Shown in pieces: positions 8,565 to 17,486 of a stretch of 64,000 bases of DNA. A model generated the notes under the pieces. It was not told the origin of the DNA and ran no database searches. It was given only the letters and a program-made list of their open reading frames with translations. The number at the start of each line of letters is the position of its first letter. Position 1 is the stretch's first letter. This stretch comes from Alphaproteobacteria bacterium (lineage in GTDB: Bacteria > Pseudomonadota > Alphaproteobacteria > RF32 > CAG-239), in contig JAFVBL010000030.1 of the NCBI GenBank assembly GCA_017479985.1, forward strand, positions 2,509-66,508. Direction: 5' to 3'. Both the position numbers and the translations under genes were made by a program.

Positions 8565-9134
8565 CTACGGCAATATTGCCAATGCTTCGGCAATTTCACG
8601 CGCCATTTGATGCACCGCATCGGCCTCTGCGCTCACCAAATCGGCAATATCCTCACCGCCGGCTTTTGCCGTATACACACCTTGCGTCCGCTTAACAATG
8701 CGACCGTTTTTATTTTTTATATTCCACCACGCCGATAAGACAACCTTATCTCCTTTATATGCTTCAATACGGTTAATCTCCACATTCACACTGTATTGCG
8801 CCGAGTTGCTGTCAAAATAAGTACGTTCAATATATGCTTTCGGTAAATATGCCATTAAATCATTGGTCAGCGTTGCCTGCAACACATCTGGCAAGACTTC
8901 TGCCCAGCGATGAAATTCCAGAATCTGTACTTGAGATGAATTTTTATCATATACAACCATTTGCGCTTTGTCGAGCATATCCGGTACTTTTACGCGCGCT
9001 ACCGAAACACTGAACGCCTTATTCGAAACCATAGTCAAACCGGTGCTGTTCATCACATAAAATTGCGACTGCGGTGAGCGAAAACTGCACGCACTCAAAA
9101 TCAGCAGCACACAAATCAATGCATATTTTTTCAT
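8565..9134 (-). CDS. ABC-transport auxiliary lipoprotein (PqiC/YmbA, DUF330-like)
   Basis: Lipobox LILSAC follows MKKYALICVL. It is the last gene of the MCE/Mla-type operon. Start set at the Met directly after the upstream stop. Confidence 0.6.
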   Translation of the reverse strand: MKKYALICVLLILSACSFRSPQSQFYVMNSTGLTMVSNKAFSVSVARVKVPDMLDKAQMVVYDKNSSQVQILEFHRWAEVLPDVLQATLTNDLMAYLPKAYIERTYFDSNSAQYSVNVEINRIEAYKGDKVVLSAWWNIKNKNGRIVKRTQGVYTAKAGGEDIADLVSAEADAVHQMAREIAEALAILP

Positions 9135-9135
9135 T

Positions 9136-10008
9136 TTATTTCTCCTTTCCCTGAATAACCGCTTCCGGATGACGTTCAAGATAATCCGTCAGATTCTTCA
9201 TTGACCGACCGGCTTTGGAAATTTCTTCCAACGTTCGGTTAATATTTTCCATTGTTTTAGATGCCTCACCGTTTTTCTTATCCATCACACTGTCAATTTT
9301 TGCGGAAATACCTGTCATATTTTGCAGCAACGGCGGCATATCTTTATTCAGATTGTCAACCAATTCATTCAATTTTTTCATCGTATCCGGCGTTGCTTCG
9401 CTGAGACTTCCGGTCAGATTCGAAATATTTTCCAATATCTGCGGCAGATTATCATCGATATTATCCAATAAATTACCCAGACGAACCAATGTATCCTGTA
9501 ACGGCACTTCCTCCAAGTCTTTTGAGATTTGCGCAAAAGAGGAATACATCGTCGGAATCTCGGCGTATTTTCCCGTACCGCGGTAAACAGCTTCAACATC
9601 AGGGTTCATAATAAGTTCAATCATCAACTGTCCCGTCAAATAATTAGCCGTAATCAAACGCGCGCGCAACCCCTTGTCAATCAACCTTTTCAACATACTT
9701 TCTCCGGCACTGTGTCGAACTTTCAACGCTCTTTCCGAATTAAAAGTCACATATACCGGTGTTTTAAACGTACCTTTCTGCAAATTTGCCATCAGGCGTA
9801 TTTTTGCAACCTTACCGACTTCCACGCCCTGCAGCACAACCGGCGAGCCGACACTCAATCCTCGTACCGATTCGTCAAAATACATAATCACCATATTTTT
9901 ATTGTTTTCATCCACATATTTTTGTCTGATAAAATAACTGACAATGCCGCAAAGACATATCAAACCGATAAGAACAAACAGTCCGGTTAATTTATATGTT
10001 TTATTCAT
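9136..10008 (-). CDS. MCE-domain protein (MlaD/PqiB-like substrate-binding component)
   Basis: N-terminal TM then an MCE domain (VIMYFDESVRGLSVGSPVVLQGVEVGKV). The start overlaps the ATPase stop (TAATG). Confidence 0.8.
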   Translation of the reverse strand: MNKTYKLTGLFVLIGLICLCGIVSYFIRQKYVDENNKNMVIMYFDESVRGLSVGSPVVLQGVEVGKVAKIRLMANLQKGTFKTPVYVTFNSERALKVRHSAGESMLKRLIDKGLRARLITANYLTGQLMIELIMNPDVEAVYRGTGKYAEIPTMYSSFAQISKDLEEVPLQDTLVRLGNLLDNIDDNLPQILENISNLTGSLSEATPDTMKKLNELVDNLNKDMPPLLQNMTGISAKIDSVMDKKNGEASKTMENINRTLEEISKAGRSMKNLTDYLERHPEAVIQGKEK

Positions 10009-10763
10009 TATTTTTTCTCCCCGCGGGTTAAAAATTCATACACTTCTTTATTCGGCGGATTCTTAAGCAATTCTTTCGGATTACCGTGCGCCAAAACAGT
10101 CTTGGTGTTTGCGTCCAAAAAAATTGAATTATTGCCGATGGCAAAAATTGATGCCAGTTCGTGAGTCACCACCACAATCGTTGTCCCTAAACTGCGGTTA
10201 AGCTCAATAATCAAATCGTCCAGATTATGCGAGCTTATCGGATCCAGACCCGCCGACGGCTCATCAAAATATACAATATCCGGATCCAATGCCAACGCAC
10301 GTGCCAAACCGGCACGTTTTTTCATTCCGCCGCTGATTTCGGACGGATAAAAATCACCGAATCCTTTCAAGCCGACCAGTGCCAACTTCAATTCTGCCAA
10401 TTCACGCATTGTTGCCGGTGAATAATCGGAATACTGCTGCAACGGCAACATAATATTTTCTGCCAATGTCATTGAACTGAATAAAGCACCGCTTTGATAC
10501 AAAATTCCTGATTTTCTGCGGATTCGCTGTATATCCTCCTCCGGTGCGGCACTTATATCGACACCGTTAATCACAACCGTGCCTTTAAGCGGTTCAATCA
10601 ACCCCGTCAGCACACGTAACATACTGCTTTTGCCGCAACCGCTGCCGCCCATAATTATAAAAATATCGCCTTTTTTAACCTGATAATCGGCATCGTGCAA
10701 CAACACATAGTCGCCGTAACCGACACTCAAACCTTTTGCTTCGATAATTGCCTGCTTACTCAT
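10008..10763 (-). CDS. ABC transporter ATP-binding protein (MlaF-like)
   Basis: Walker A GGSGCGKSS, signature SGGMKKR, Walker B IVYFDEP. ATGA overlap with the permease gene. Confidence 0.9.
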   Translation of the reverse strand: MSKQAIIEAKGLSVGYGDYVLLHDADYQVKKGDIFIIMGGSGCGKSSMLRVLTGLIEPLKGTVVINGVDISAAPEEDIQRIRRKSGILYQSGALFSSMTLAENIMLPLQQYSDYSPATMRELAELKLALVGLKGFGDFYPSEISGGMKKRAGLARALALDPDIVYFDEPSAGLDPISSHNLDDLIIELNRSLGTTIVVVTHELASIFAIGNNSIFLDANTKTVLAHGNPKELLKNPPNKEVYEFLTRGEKK

Positions 10764-11875
10764 ATTCCGAGCTCCATACAAATCACCGTAATAATACCGG
10801 TTGCCACAATCATCCATACGATTGCCCTAACAACGGATTGTGTGGTTGCCACACCCACACTGTCGGCGTTACGCCCACATTTTAAGCCGCTGTAACACCC
10901 GCATACGGCAATAATAATTCCAAAGCAAAAACCGTGAAAAATACCAACCAAAAAATTCTTCAGATTAAATGCATTAAAAGCATATTTCCAATATTCCTGA
11001 TACGGCAAATCCATCATAAAAACACCGACAAACGCACCGCCGAGCATACCCGCAAAATCGGCCAGCATTGTTAAAATCGGCATTGCAATCAACAAAGAAA
11101 ACAAGCGCGGTATCACCAAAAAATCAATTTTGGAAAGCCCCATCGTTTGCAACGCATCAAGCTCCTCATTTACCTGCATCGTCCCGATTGTGGCGGCATA
11201 AGATGAACCTGTACGGCCGGCCATAATAATCCCGACCATAATCGCGCCCATAATCCGACACATTCCGATTGTCACCAAACTTGCCACATAAATCTGCGCC
11301 CCGAATGTTTCTAACTGTATTGCCCCGACAAACGCCAAAATAAGCCCGACCAAAAAGCTGATAAGCGACACGATTCCGAGTGCTTTCGGCCCGCAATCTT
11401 CCATCGCCGCCCAAAAATCCACCCGCCGCATAATCGAACGGAATGTAAAAAACCGCCATACCGCACCGCAGATTGCACCCAAAAAAGAAACAACGTCCGA
11501 AGTTTTTTGCAAACTGTCAAGCGTATCTTTCCCCAACTTTTCCAAAAACGGTAATTTTGATGCACCGCCGTGCGTCGGTTTTCGATCCACCGCGTATGCC
11601 AAATCGATTAAATCTCGCACATTTTGCGGCAAACCCGACAAATCACAGGCAATACTTTTTTCTTTTGCCTGCCCGACAACACCGTATAAAACCGCCAAAA
11701 AAGAAGAATCCCATTGTTGCAAATTTTGTGCCGCAATGCGTATTTTTTGAGTACCTGCAGACAATTCCGACTGAAATTGCCGCAAAAACGCATTACTGTC
11801 ATAATTTAAAATCGAGCCGGCGGCAATGATATTCATATCATCGCCGGTCCTCTCCAAAATCAGCTCATTTTCCAT
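10760..11875 (-). CDS. MlaE-family ABC permease with an N-terminal STAS-like extension
   Basis: The C-terminal ~260 aa are MlaE-like (multi-TM, ...EELDALQTMG...). The N-terminal ~110 aa resemble a STAS/MlaB-type domain. Start is uncertain (11875 or 11887). Confidence 0.8.
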   Translation of the reverse strand: MENELILERTGDDMNIIAAGSILNYDSNAFLRQFQSELSAGTQKIRIAAQNLQQWDSSFLAVLYGVVGQAKEKSIACDLSGLPQNVRDLIDLAYAVDRKPTHGGASKLPFLEKLGKDTLDSLQKTSDVVSFLGAICGAVWRFFTFRSIMRRVDFWAAMEDCGPKALGIVSLISFLVGLILAFVGAIQLETFGAQIYVASLVTIGMCRIMGAIMVGIIMAGRTGSSYAATIGTMQVNEELDALQTMGLSKIDFLVIPRLFSLLIAMPILTMLADFAGMLGGAFVGVFMMDLPYQEYWKYAFNAFNLKNFLVGIFHGFCFGIIIAVCGCYSGLKCGRNADSVGVATTQSVVRAIVWMIVATGIITVICMELGI

Positions 11876-12077
11876 CTCTTTCCGCATTTTCCAAAGCCTC
11901 GGCAAGTTCTTGATTTTCCAACTCGTCCAAGTCCTCTGATGCCACTGCATAACTGCCGTTAAACCATCTGTTCAAATCCACATCGGCACAACGCTTTGAA
12001 CAGAACGGCATATATTCCGTCTCGGCTGTCAATTTGCCGCAAATCGGACATTTATGCGTTTTTATAACCTCACTCAC
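11865..12077 (-). CDS. yacG: DNA gyrase inhibitor YacG (zinc finger)
   Basis: CPICGK...PFCSKRCADVDLNRW is the YacG signature; 70 aa. Confidence 0.85.
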   Translation of the reverse strand: MSEVIKTHKCPICGKLTAETEYMPFCSKRCADVDLNRWFNGSYAVASEDLDELENQELAEALENAERDGK

Positions 12078-13237
12078 GGTTCAACACGTCCCGTTCCGCT
12101 GCAAGTCGGACATTCCACCGTATACAAATCACGTAAACTCGGGCGGCGGCGTTGACGCAATATCTCAATATTGCCGGCACGGCTCAAACCCAACACACGA
12201 CTGTGACAAGCATCGTCTGCCAATTCCTCTTCCAAACAATCAATAATGGCTTTCATAAAACGATATTCCGACGAACCGGCAAAATCGATAATGATTTTGC
12301 CTGAAAGGTTCCGCAGACGAATTTGTCGTGCAATTTCTTTTGCCGCTTCCAAATTCAGGCTGTCTATATCTCCGACGTTGCGCGCACCGCCGCTGTCTAC
12401 ATCAATCGCCACACAAGCGCGCGTTTCTTCAATTTGCAGACTGCCGCCGTTTTTGAGCTTAACCGTACGTTCCAACGCTTCAATAATTGCATCGTCCACG
12501 CCGTATTCTTCAAAACCTTCTTTTTGCAGGGTCACCGTACCGTCAAATTTTGCTTTTGCTTCTTCCGCCAGATTCGGTGTATCGACAACCACTTCTTTTA
12601 AGCTGTCGTGATAACGGCGAATATATTCAAACAGAGGATTTTCTTTAGCATACAGCAAAGCCGGTGCCGCAACCGTACGCGCTTTTTTGCGTACATCTTC
12701 ATAAATTGCCCGCAGCTGAATCATTTCTTCCAAAAGCTGTTGCTCCGTAGCTTCAACCGACATTGTCCGCAAAATCCAGCCTTCTTGTCCGATGCATTTT
12801 TCACGCACCGCACGCGCATAACGCTCGGCAGTTGCCACATCTTCGATTTTACGCGAAAATTCTACATCATACTTAAACGGGCAATACACCAAATTTGTAC
12901 CGACCAAATGAATATTGCGCACAACCTTTGCCCCTTTTTCGGCACGTTTTTCCTGCAAAACCTGAACCACAACACTCTGCCCTTCGCTCATATTCGCTTC
13001 TTTAAGCGCCGGCTCATAGGCATTCAAAAAAGCCTCGTGTCCGTCCCCGATATCGACCATAAAACCGAATTTATCGTGTGCCAAATTTATTTTCTTGATA
13101 ATTTTTCCCAAATATACATTGCCCTCAAGCGCGCGGCTTTCATTATATATATCTATTTCTGCCAAACCGGCCCCGTCAAACACGGCAATTCCGAATGCTT
13201 CATCATTTCTGTCATAAACTATTTTTTCCGCTTTCAT
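12074..13237 (-). CDS. rng: Ribonuclease E/G family protein (short RNase G-like)
   Basis: S1-like N-terminus (GNVYLGKIIK...GFMVDIG), catalytic region CVAIDVDSG, and Zn-link CPTCSGTGRV. It sits in the maf-rng-yacG arrangement. Confidence 0.8.
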   Translation of the reverse strand: MKAEKIVYDRNDEAFGIAVFDGAGLAEIDIYNESRALEGNVYLGKIIKKINLAHDKFGFMVDIGDGHEAFLNAYEPALKEANMSEGQSVVVQVLQEKRAEKGAKVVRNIHLVGTNLVYCPFKYDVEFSRKIEDVATAERYARAVREKCIGQEGWILRTMSVEATEQQLLEEMIQLRAIYEDVRKKARTVAAPALLYAKENPLFEYIRRYHDSLKEVVVDTPNLAEEAKAKFDGTVTLQKEGFEEYGVDDAIIEALERTVKLKNGGSLQIEETRACVAIDVDSGGARNVGDIDSLNLEAAKEIARQIRLRNLSGKIIIDFAGSSEYRFMKAIIDCLEEELADDACHSRVLGLSRAGNIEILRQRRRPSLRDLYTVECPTCSGTGRVEP

Positions 13238-13818
13238 TTTATTCCTGCTCCTTTTAACAAGTTCATCGTTTCATACAGAGGCAATCCGACCACACCGGAA
13301 TACGACCCGACCATACGCGTCACATAACCGGCAAGCCGTCCCTCTATTTTATAGCCGCAAACACCTTTCCATTCGCCGCACGCAAGATATTCTTCCAAAT
13401 CTTCGTCCGACAACACTTTCATTGCAATTTTTGTAGTTACCGTGCGTTGTGCGATTTTGCCGTTTTTATCAAGCAGACATACCGAACTAATCACGCGATG
13501 TGCCCGTCCGGACAGCAATTTCAAATACTTCCGCTGTTCATCGGCATCTTTTGCTTTATGTAAAATCCGTTGTCCCACCGCCACAATCGTATCGCAGGCA
13601 AGCACATTTTCATTCGGACACAATACCGCAACGTGCTTTGCTTTTTCAAGTGCCATACGCCGCACATACGGCAATGGCATTTCGTGCGGCAAACAGTTCT
13701 CATCAATATCCGCCGGCTGAATTTTCTTCGGTTCATACGCAATTTGCCGCAACAAAGCAATCCGCTGAGGCGAACCTGATGCCAAAATAAAATCTTTTAC
13801 TTCTGTTTGATTTTGCAT
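13234..13818 (-). CDS. maf: Maf-like nucleoside triphosphate pyrophosphatase
   Basis: ILASGSPQRIALL at the N-terminus and YKIEGRLAGYVTRMVGSYSGVVGLPL at the C-terminus. Confidence 0.9.
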   Translation of the reverse strand: MQNQTEVKDFILASGSPQRIALLRQIAYEPKKIQPADIDENCLPHEMPLPYVRRMALEKAKHVAVLCPNENVLACDTIVAVGQRILHKAKDADEQRKYLKLLSGRAHRVISSVCLLDKNGKIAQRTVTTKIAMKVLSDEDLEEYLACGEWKGVCGYKIEGRLAGYVTRMVGSYSGVVGLPLYETMNLLKGAGIK

Positions 13819-13821
13819 AAA

Positions 13822-14250
13822 TTATGCGCCGTTATCATCATCAAAAGTCTTTTCCATACGTTCGTGACGCTCTTGCGCTTCAATCGACAGCGTCGCTACC
13901 GGACGTGCTTCCAAACGCTCAATCCCGATTGGCTCACCTGTTTCTTCGCAATAACCGTATGTACCGTCTTCAATCCGGTCTAATGCCTCATCAATTTTTG
14001 TAATCAATTTCCGAATACGGTCTTTTGTACGCAAATCAAGAGATTTATCCGTTTCAAGCGATGCACGGTCTATCTCGTCCGGCTGATTCAATCCGCCCTG
14101 ACGCAAATCATCAAGCGTGTCGGCAGATTGTGAAACAAGGGATTTTTTCCAATTCTCTAACTTCTGACGAAAATACTCAAGCTGCATTTCGTTCATATAT
14201 TCTTCGTCAGCTGACGGCTTATAATCCGGTGGTAATACAATAGCTGTCAT
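13822..14250 (-). CDS. dksA: RNA polymerase-binding factor DksA (degenerate zinc finger)
   Basis: Coiled-coil with the DxxDxA tip (PDEIDRASLETD). The C-terminus YGYCEETGEPIGIERLEARPVATLSIEAQ keeps only 1 of the 4 canonical Cys. Confidence 0.9.
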   Translation of the reverse strand: MTAIVLPPDYKPSADEEYMNEMQLEYFRQKLENWKKSLVSQSADTLDDLRQGGLNQPDEIDRASLETDKSLDLRTKDRIRKLITKIDEALDRIEDGTYGYCEETGEPIGIERLEARPVATLSIEAQERHERMEKTFDDDNGA

Positions 14251-14338
14251 TTTCTTTCTCCTTAAAAGTATTATTTTAAAATAATTAACAATAAAAAAAT
14301 TGCAACTTCAACATTTATATATCATTTAGTCACATATA

Positions 14339-15040
14339 TCAGTTAAACACCCAAGTAATATTGTTTCCGCTTTCGGCGCATTGCCCGACGCTGTCACCGC
14401 CTGTACCGGTCAGTATCGAGCGTTTCATCGGAAAGGCACAGATTGTTTTTCCGTCAGCATCTTTACCACACTCTCCCGAATCCAGTTGCGTTAATTCATC
14501 ACCCTTTCCTTTACTATCACCGTATGCTAACCAAAACCAACCGATATCATTTATGTATACCGCATATAAATCGACATATTGATTCTTCGTCCAATTCTTC
14601 ATTGCCAATTCAATACATTGTTTTTTATTCAAACCGGCATAAGTGATGCTGAATTGATCTTTTCTTTTACACTTTTCATCACAATACCCCATTTCCTCGC
14701 AGCAATCAGGGTCATAATTTGGCGATTCTTCAATTTTTACTTCCCCGCCGAAAACGTGAAACAGCTTTTTCCCGACCTTACGAAAATTCGGCGGAATAAT
14801 TTTCATTTTATTATCTCCGTTTACATCTTCAATAACAAACGTATAATCCACATCAAGAGCGGCAGCCTTAACCATAGATGTTGCCAAATCCGTCACTTGC
14901 ATCGTTGCTGTACTGTAGCGGTGATTATTAAACGCCGAGCTGACGATTTTGCCGATGGCGACAATCACCGACATCATCACCATTAAGTAGCCCATCATTT
15001 CGACCATCGAACGGCCTTTTTCGGAATTTTTATAATTCAT
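14339..15040 (-). CDS. Type IV pilin-like / pseudopilin-like protein
   Basis: Class-III signal peptide-like N-terminus MNYKNSEKG/RSMVEMMGYLMVMMSVIVAIG (Glu at +5) and a Cys-rich C-terminal domain. Confidence 0.55.
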   Translation of the reverse strand: MNYKNSEKGRSMVEMMGYLMVMMSVIVAIGKIVSSAFNNHRYSTATMQVTDLATSMVKAAALDVDYTFVIEDVNGDNKMKIIPPNFRKVGKKLFHVFGGEVKIEESPNYDPDCCEEMGYCDEKCKRKDQFSITYAGLNKKQCIELAMKNWTKNQYVDLYAVYINDIGWFWLAYGDSKGKGDELTQLDSGECGKDADGKTICAFPMKRSILTGTGGDSVGQCAESGNNITWVFN

Positions 15041-15169
15041 AATATTCGTCCTTTGTTTGTTTCGATAATATTATCATAAAAAAATATCTTTAACAATAAC
15101 TTTCATAAAACACTTTATTTTTTTTGTAAGGTGATTATAATGCAGTTATAATTTTATAAGGAAGAATAA

Positions 15170-15721
15170 ATGAAAAAGATTACGATTCTTTTAACAACGG
15201 CATTGTTTGTTGCCGCAGGTTTTGAAGCAAATGCCGACAGTTATAATTATCGACCGTATGTCGGAATTGATTATTTATTTAATCAGACTGCCGCAAGAAA
15301 GTATAATCCGCATTATAATGTCGCCGGCGTGCGTGTCGGTTCGGATTACAGCAAATATTTTGCCACCGAATTGTTTGCTAATCAAAGCAATCGCGACAAA
15401 CGCACCCGTGAAGGACAAGACTTCAAAACTTCTTTTTACGGTTACGGTCTTGATATTTTGGCATTTTTACCGATATGTTCCGAAGATAAATTGTTTCTGA
15501 CAGCAACAGCGGGTATCGGCGAATACGGCTACAAGACAAAACTCAGCCCGACCGCCCGGCGTACCGAGCACGGTTACGGCTACCGCTTCGGCGGCGGCAT
15601 TAAATACGCCATAAACGAACATTGGCAGACACGTTTAATCGGACGCTATATCCACTTTGATCAAGTCAGCGGATATAAATATGCGGCGGAATATTCGCTC
15701 GGTGTTGAATATCATTTTTAA
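15170..15721 (+). CDS. Small outer-membrane beta-barrel protein (OmpA-beta-barrel/OmpW-like)
   Basis: Signal peptide, alternating aromatic/Gly beta-strand pattern, and a C-terminal ...GVEYHF with terminal Phe. Confidence 0.7.
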   Translation: MKKITILLTTALFVAAGFEANADSYNYRPYVGIDYLFNQTAARKYNPHYNVAGVRVGSDYSKYFATELFANQSNRDKRTREGQDFKTSFYGYGLDILAFLPICSEDKLFLTATAGIGEYGYKTKLSPTARRTEHGYGYRFGGGIKYAINEHWQTRLIGRYIHFDQVSGYKYAAEYSLGVEYHF

Positions 15722-15734
15722 AAAGGAAAAGATT

Positions 15735-16241
15735 ATGATTAAAAAAATTGTTGTTATTGCTTTAATGCTTGCGTTATTCGGCTGGAGTTTGACTCTCATC
15801 AAAAAAACCGAACCGGAAAAAGTCGTTGTTCAGGCAGATAATCCGGAAGAACAGACTATTCAAGCAGAAGAAACATTGCCGGAAACAGCGTTCTCTTTTA
15901 ACACCCAAAACGTTACAACAGAATGCTCCGAAGAACTTTCGGAAATGTTTTGTGCCGTTGAAAATGCCGTGAAATGTACTCTTAAACCGGATTTGGAAAA
16001 TTGCGCAAAACTTAATTTACCGCAATTTATATTTATGACGGACCCGACTGCCGAACGTCCGACCGAGATGAATTATAAATTTATCAACAAAAAAGTTCAA
16101 CCGAACGGCACGACACACATTTATACCGAAAGCTCATGCAACGGCAGTTGGTTCGGCTTATGCCAAGGAACTGTAATTTATGTTGTCGGACAAAGCAAAA
16201 ACGATAAGTGGTTCGTAAAAGATATTTACGCAATAGAATAG
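15735..16241 (+). CDS. Hypothetical exported/membrane-anchored Cys-containing protein
   Basis: Start at MIKKIVVIALMLALFGWSL after the stop of the upstream OMP gene. No recognisable domain. Confidence 0.5.
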   Translation: MIKKIVVIALMLALFGWSLTLIKKTEPEKVVVQADNPEEQTIQAEETLPETAFSFNTQNVTTECSEELSEMFCAVENAVKCTLKPDLENCAKLNLPQFIFMTDPTAERPTEMNYKFINKKVQPNGTTHIYTESSCNGSWFGLCQGTVIYVVGQSKNDKWFVKDIYAIE

Positions 16242-16275
16242 CTTGATAATTCTTCAGAGAATTTTGAAAAAACTA

Positions 16276-16303
16276 TTGACAAAATGCTTTTTTATGTTAT
16301 CAT
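16276..16303 (+). promoter_or_regulatory. Sigma70-like promoter candidate
   Basis: TTGACA (16276-16281), 16-nt spacer, TATCAT (16298-16303), about 40 nt upstream of the 16341 start. Confidence 0.4.
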
Positions 16304-16340
16304 AGAAATGTAAATTAAGTTATTCTGAAAGGTTTTTGTT

Positions 16341-16763
16341 ATGAGCATTCAAGAAAAAATTGCCAAAATAAAGAATAAAGCGGCACAGATTGCGGTTAAG
16401 GCAGCAGCAGTGGCAACATTAATGAGCGGCACAGGTGCAATCAGCAGTTGTGCAGGCAATAATGAAAACACCGATGAAACCAAAGATAAAATTGAGCAAA
16501 CCGACAAAACAAAAACTTCTGTTGTTTTCAGAAAAGGTCCTTCTTGGAAAGATCTTACTAATGAAATCTTACTTGAAAATGGTGACAGAATAGAAGAAGA
16601 TAAGCTTCGGCAAGATAGAGGCGCATTTCTTGAGCCAGGCGATACAGTGACGTATGAAGGTCGTAAAGATAACGTAACAATTGTAGCTGTCAGATATAAA
16701 GACGGCAACAAAAAGGTTAACTTTGGTAAAATAGGCAAAATAGAAAAAGATAAAACGTATTGA
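16341..16763 (+). CDS. Hypothetical lipoprotein
   Basis: Signal sequence ending in the lipobox-like GAISSC; Lys/Asp/Glu-rich mature part. Confidence 0.5.
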   Translation: MSIQEKIAKIKNKAAQIAVKAAAVATLMSGTGAISSCAGNNENTDETKDKIEQTDKTKTSVVFRKGPSWKDLTNEILLENGDRIEEDKLRQDRGAFLEPGDTVTYEGRKDNVTIVAVRYKDGNKKVNFGKIGKIEKDKTY

Positions 16764-16789
16764 TACGTAACTTTCTTATAAAAAACTGC

Positions 16790-16902
16790 TAAAAATCCGG
16801 AGAATGAGTCAGATACGCAGTTACCCTTTTCGCGCGGTGTACAACAAACAAGGTACATAAGCGAAAAGGGTAACAAGTAGATGACCATTATACGGATTTT
16901 TA
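16790..16902 (-). repeat. Extended imperfect hairpin element, copy A (likely also a bidirectional terminator)
   Basis: Outer arms TAAAAATCCG / CGGATTTTTA. Inner 14-bp stem GTTACCCTTTTCGC (16820-16833) / GCGAAAAGGGTAAC (16861-16874). The 27-nt loop contains GTGTACAACAAACAAGGTACATAA. It sits between convergent genes, 3 nt from the stop of the minus-strand gene. Confidence 0.7.
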
Positions 16903-16905
16903 AAC

Positions 16906-17073
16906 TTAATATTTAGGAATATTGTTAATACACTTATCCGGATTTTCTTGGCAATATGCACGGTCGTTATGATAATTGTACAGTTCTTTGCGGTCTTCGC
17001 GGAGTTTGCCGGCAACAAGTGCCGAACAGGAAGAAATCAGCAACAATGCAATTACAAAAAGAATTTTTTTCAT
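16906..17073 (-). CDS. Small lipoprotein (55 aa)
   Basis: MKKILFVIALLLISSC lipobox. Start chosen at the Met preceding the signal peptide. Confidence 0.5.
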   Translation of the reverse strand: MKKILFVIALLLISSCSALVAGKLREDRKELYNYHNDRAYCQENPDKCINNIPKY

Positions 17074-17084
17074 ATTTTTTCTCC

Positions 17085-17474
17085 TTAAATAATAGATTTC
17101 AAACTGACCAATATCAGTAAAATCAAAACAAACTTCGCACAAACCGACCAAAATGCGCGCCCGTCATAAGAAGCGCTGCTTTTCCACAGACCGCGTAACA
17201 GAATATAGGCATACACAACAAATATCGTACTTATCAAAAAGTGAATACCGACACCGGTTAACAGATAACCACCGTTTAAGAACACCGATATAATATTGGA
17301 AAGGGTATATAGAATAACACTTTTTCCGCAAATAATACCGCGCGGACAAATCATACGCAATACGCTGTTATGCGTCATATTCGTAATCAAACAGAAAAAG
17401 AAAAGACCCAATACTCCGAAAATCCAGAAAGTAATTTTCAGTGAATATTCTCCGTTTGCCAATTTTTTCAACAT
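17085..17474 (-). CDS. Hypothetical integral membrane protein
   Basis: 129 aa with about four hydrophobic segments; no motif recognised. Confidence 0.45.
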   Translation of the reverse strand: MLKKLANGEYSLKITFWIFGVLGLFFFCLITNMTHNSVLRMICPRGIICGKSVILYTLSNIISVFLNGGYLLTGVGIHFLISTIFVVYAYILLRGLWKSSASYDGRAFWSVCAKFVLILLILVSLKSII

Positions 17475-17486
17475 AAAATGTCCTGT

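Noticed and set aside
16349-16888. Long antisense ORFs opposite confident genes. Examples are 16349-16888, 51463-52113, 12608-13327, 19705-20433, 4137-4643, 25766-26230, 17763-18344 and 36168-36668.
   Set aside because: They lie fully antisense to genes with clear family signatures or signal peptides. They have skewed, low-complexity composition (Phe/Ile/Arg/Cys-rich) and no RBS. These are typical shadow ORFs in AT-rich DNA.
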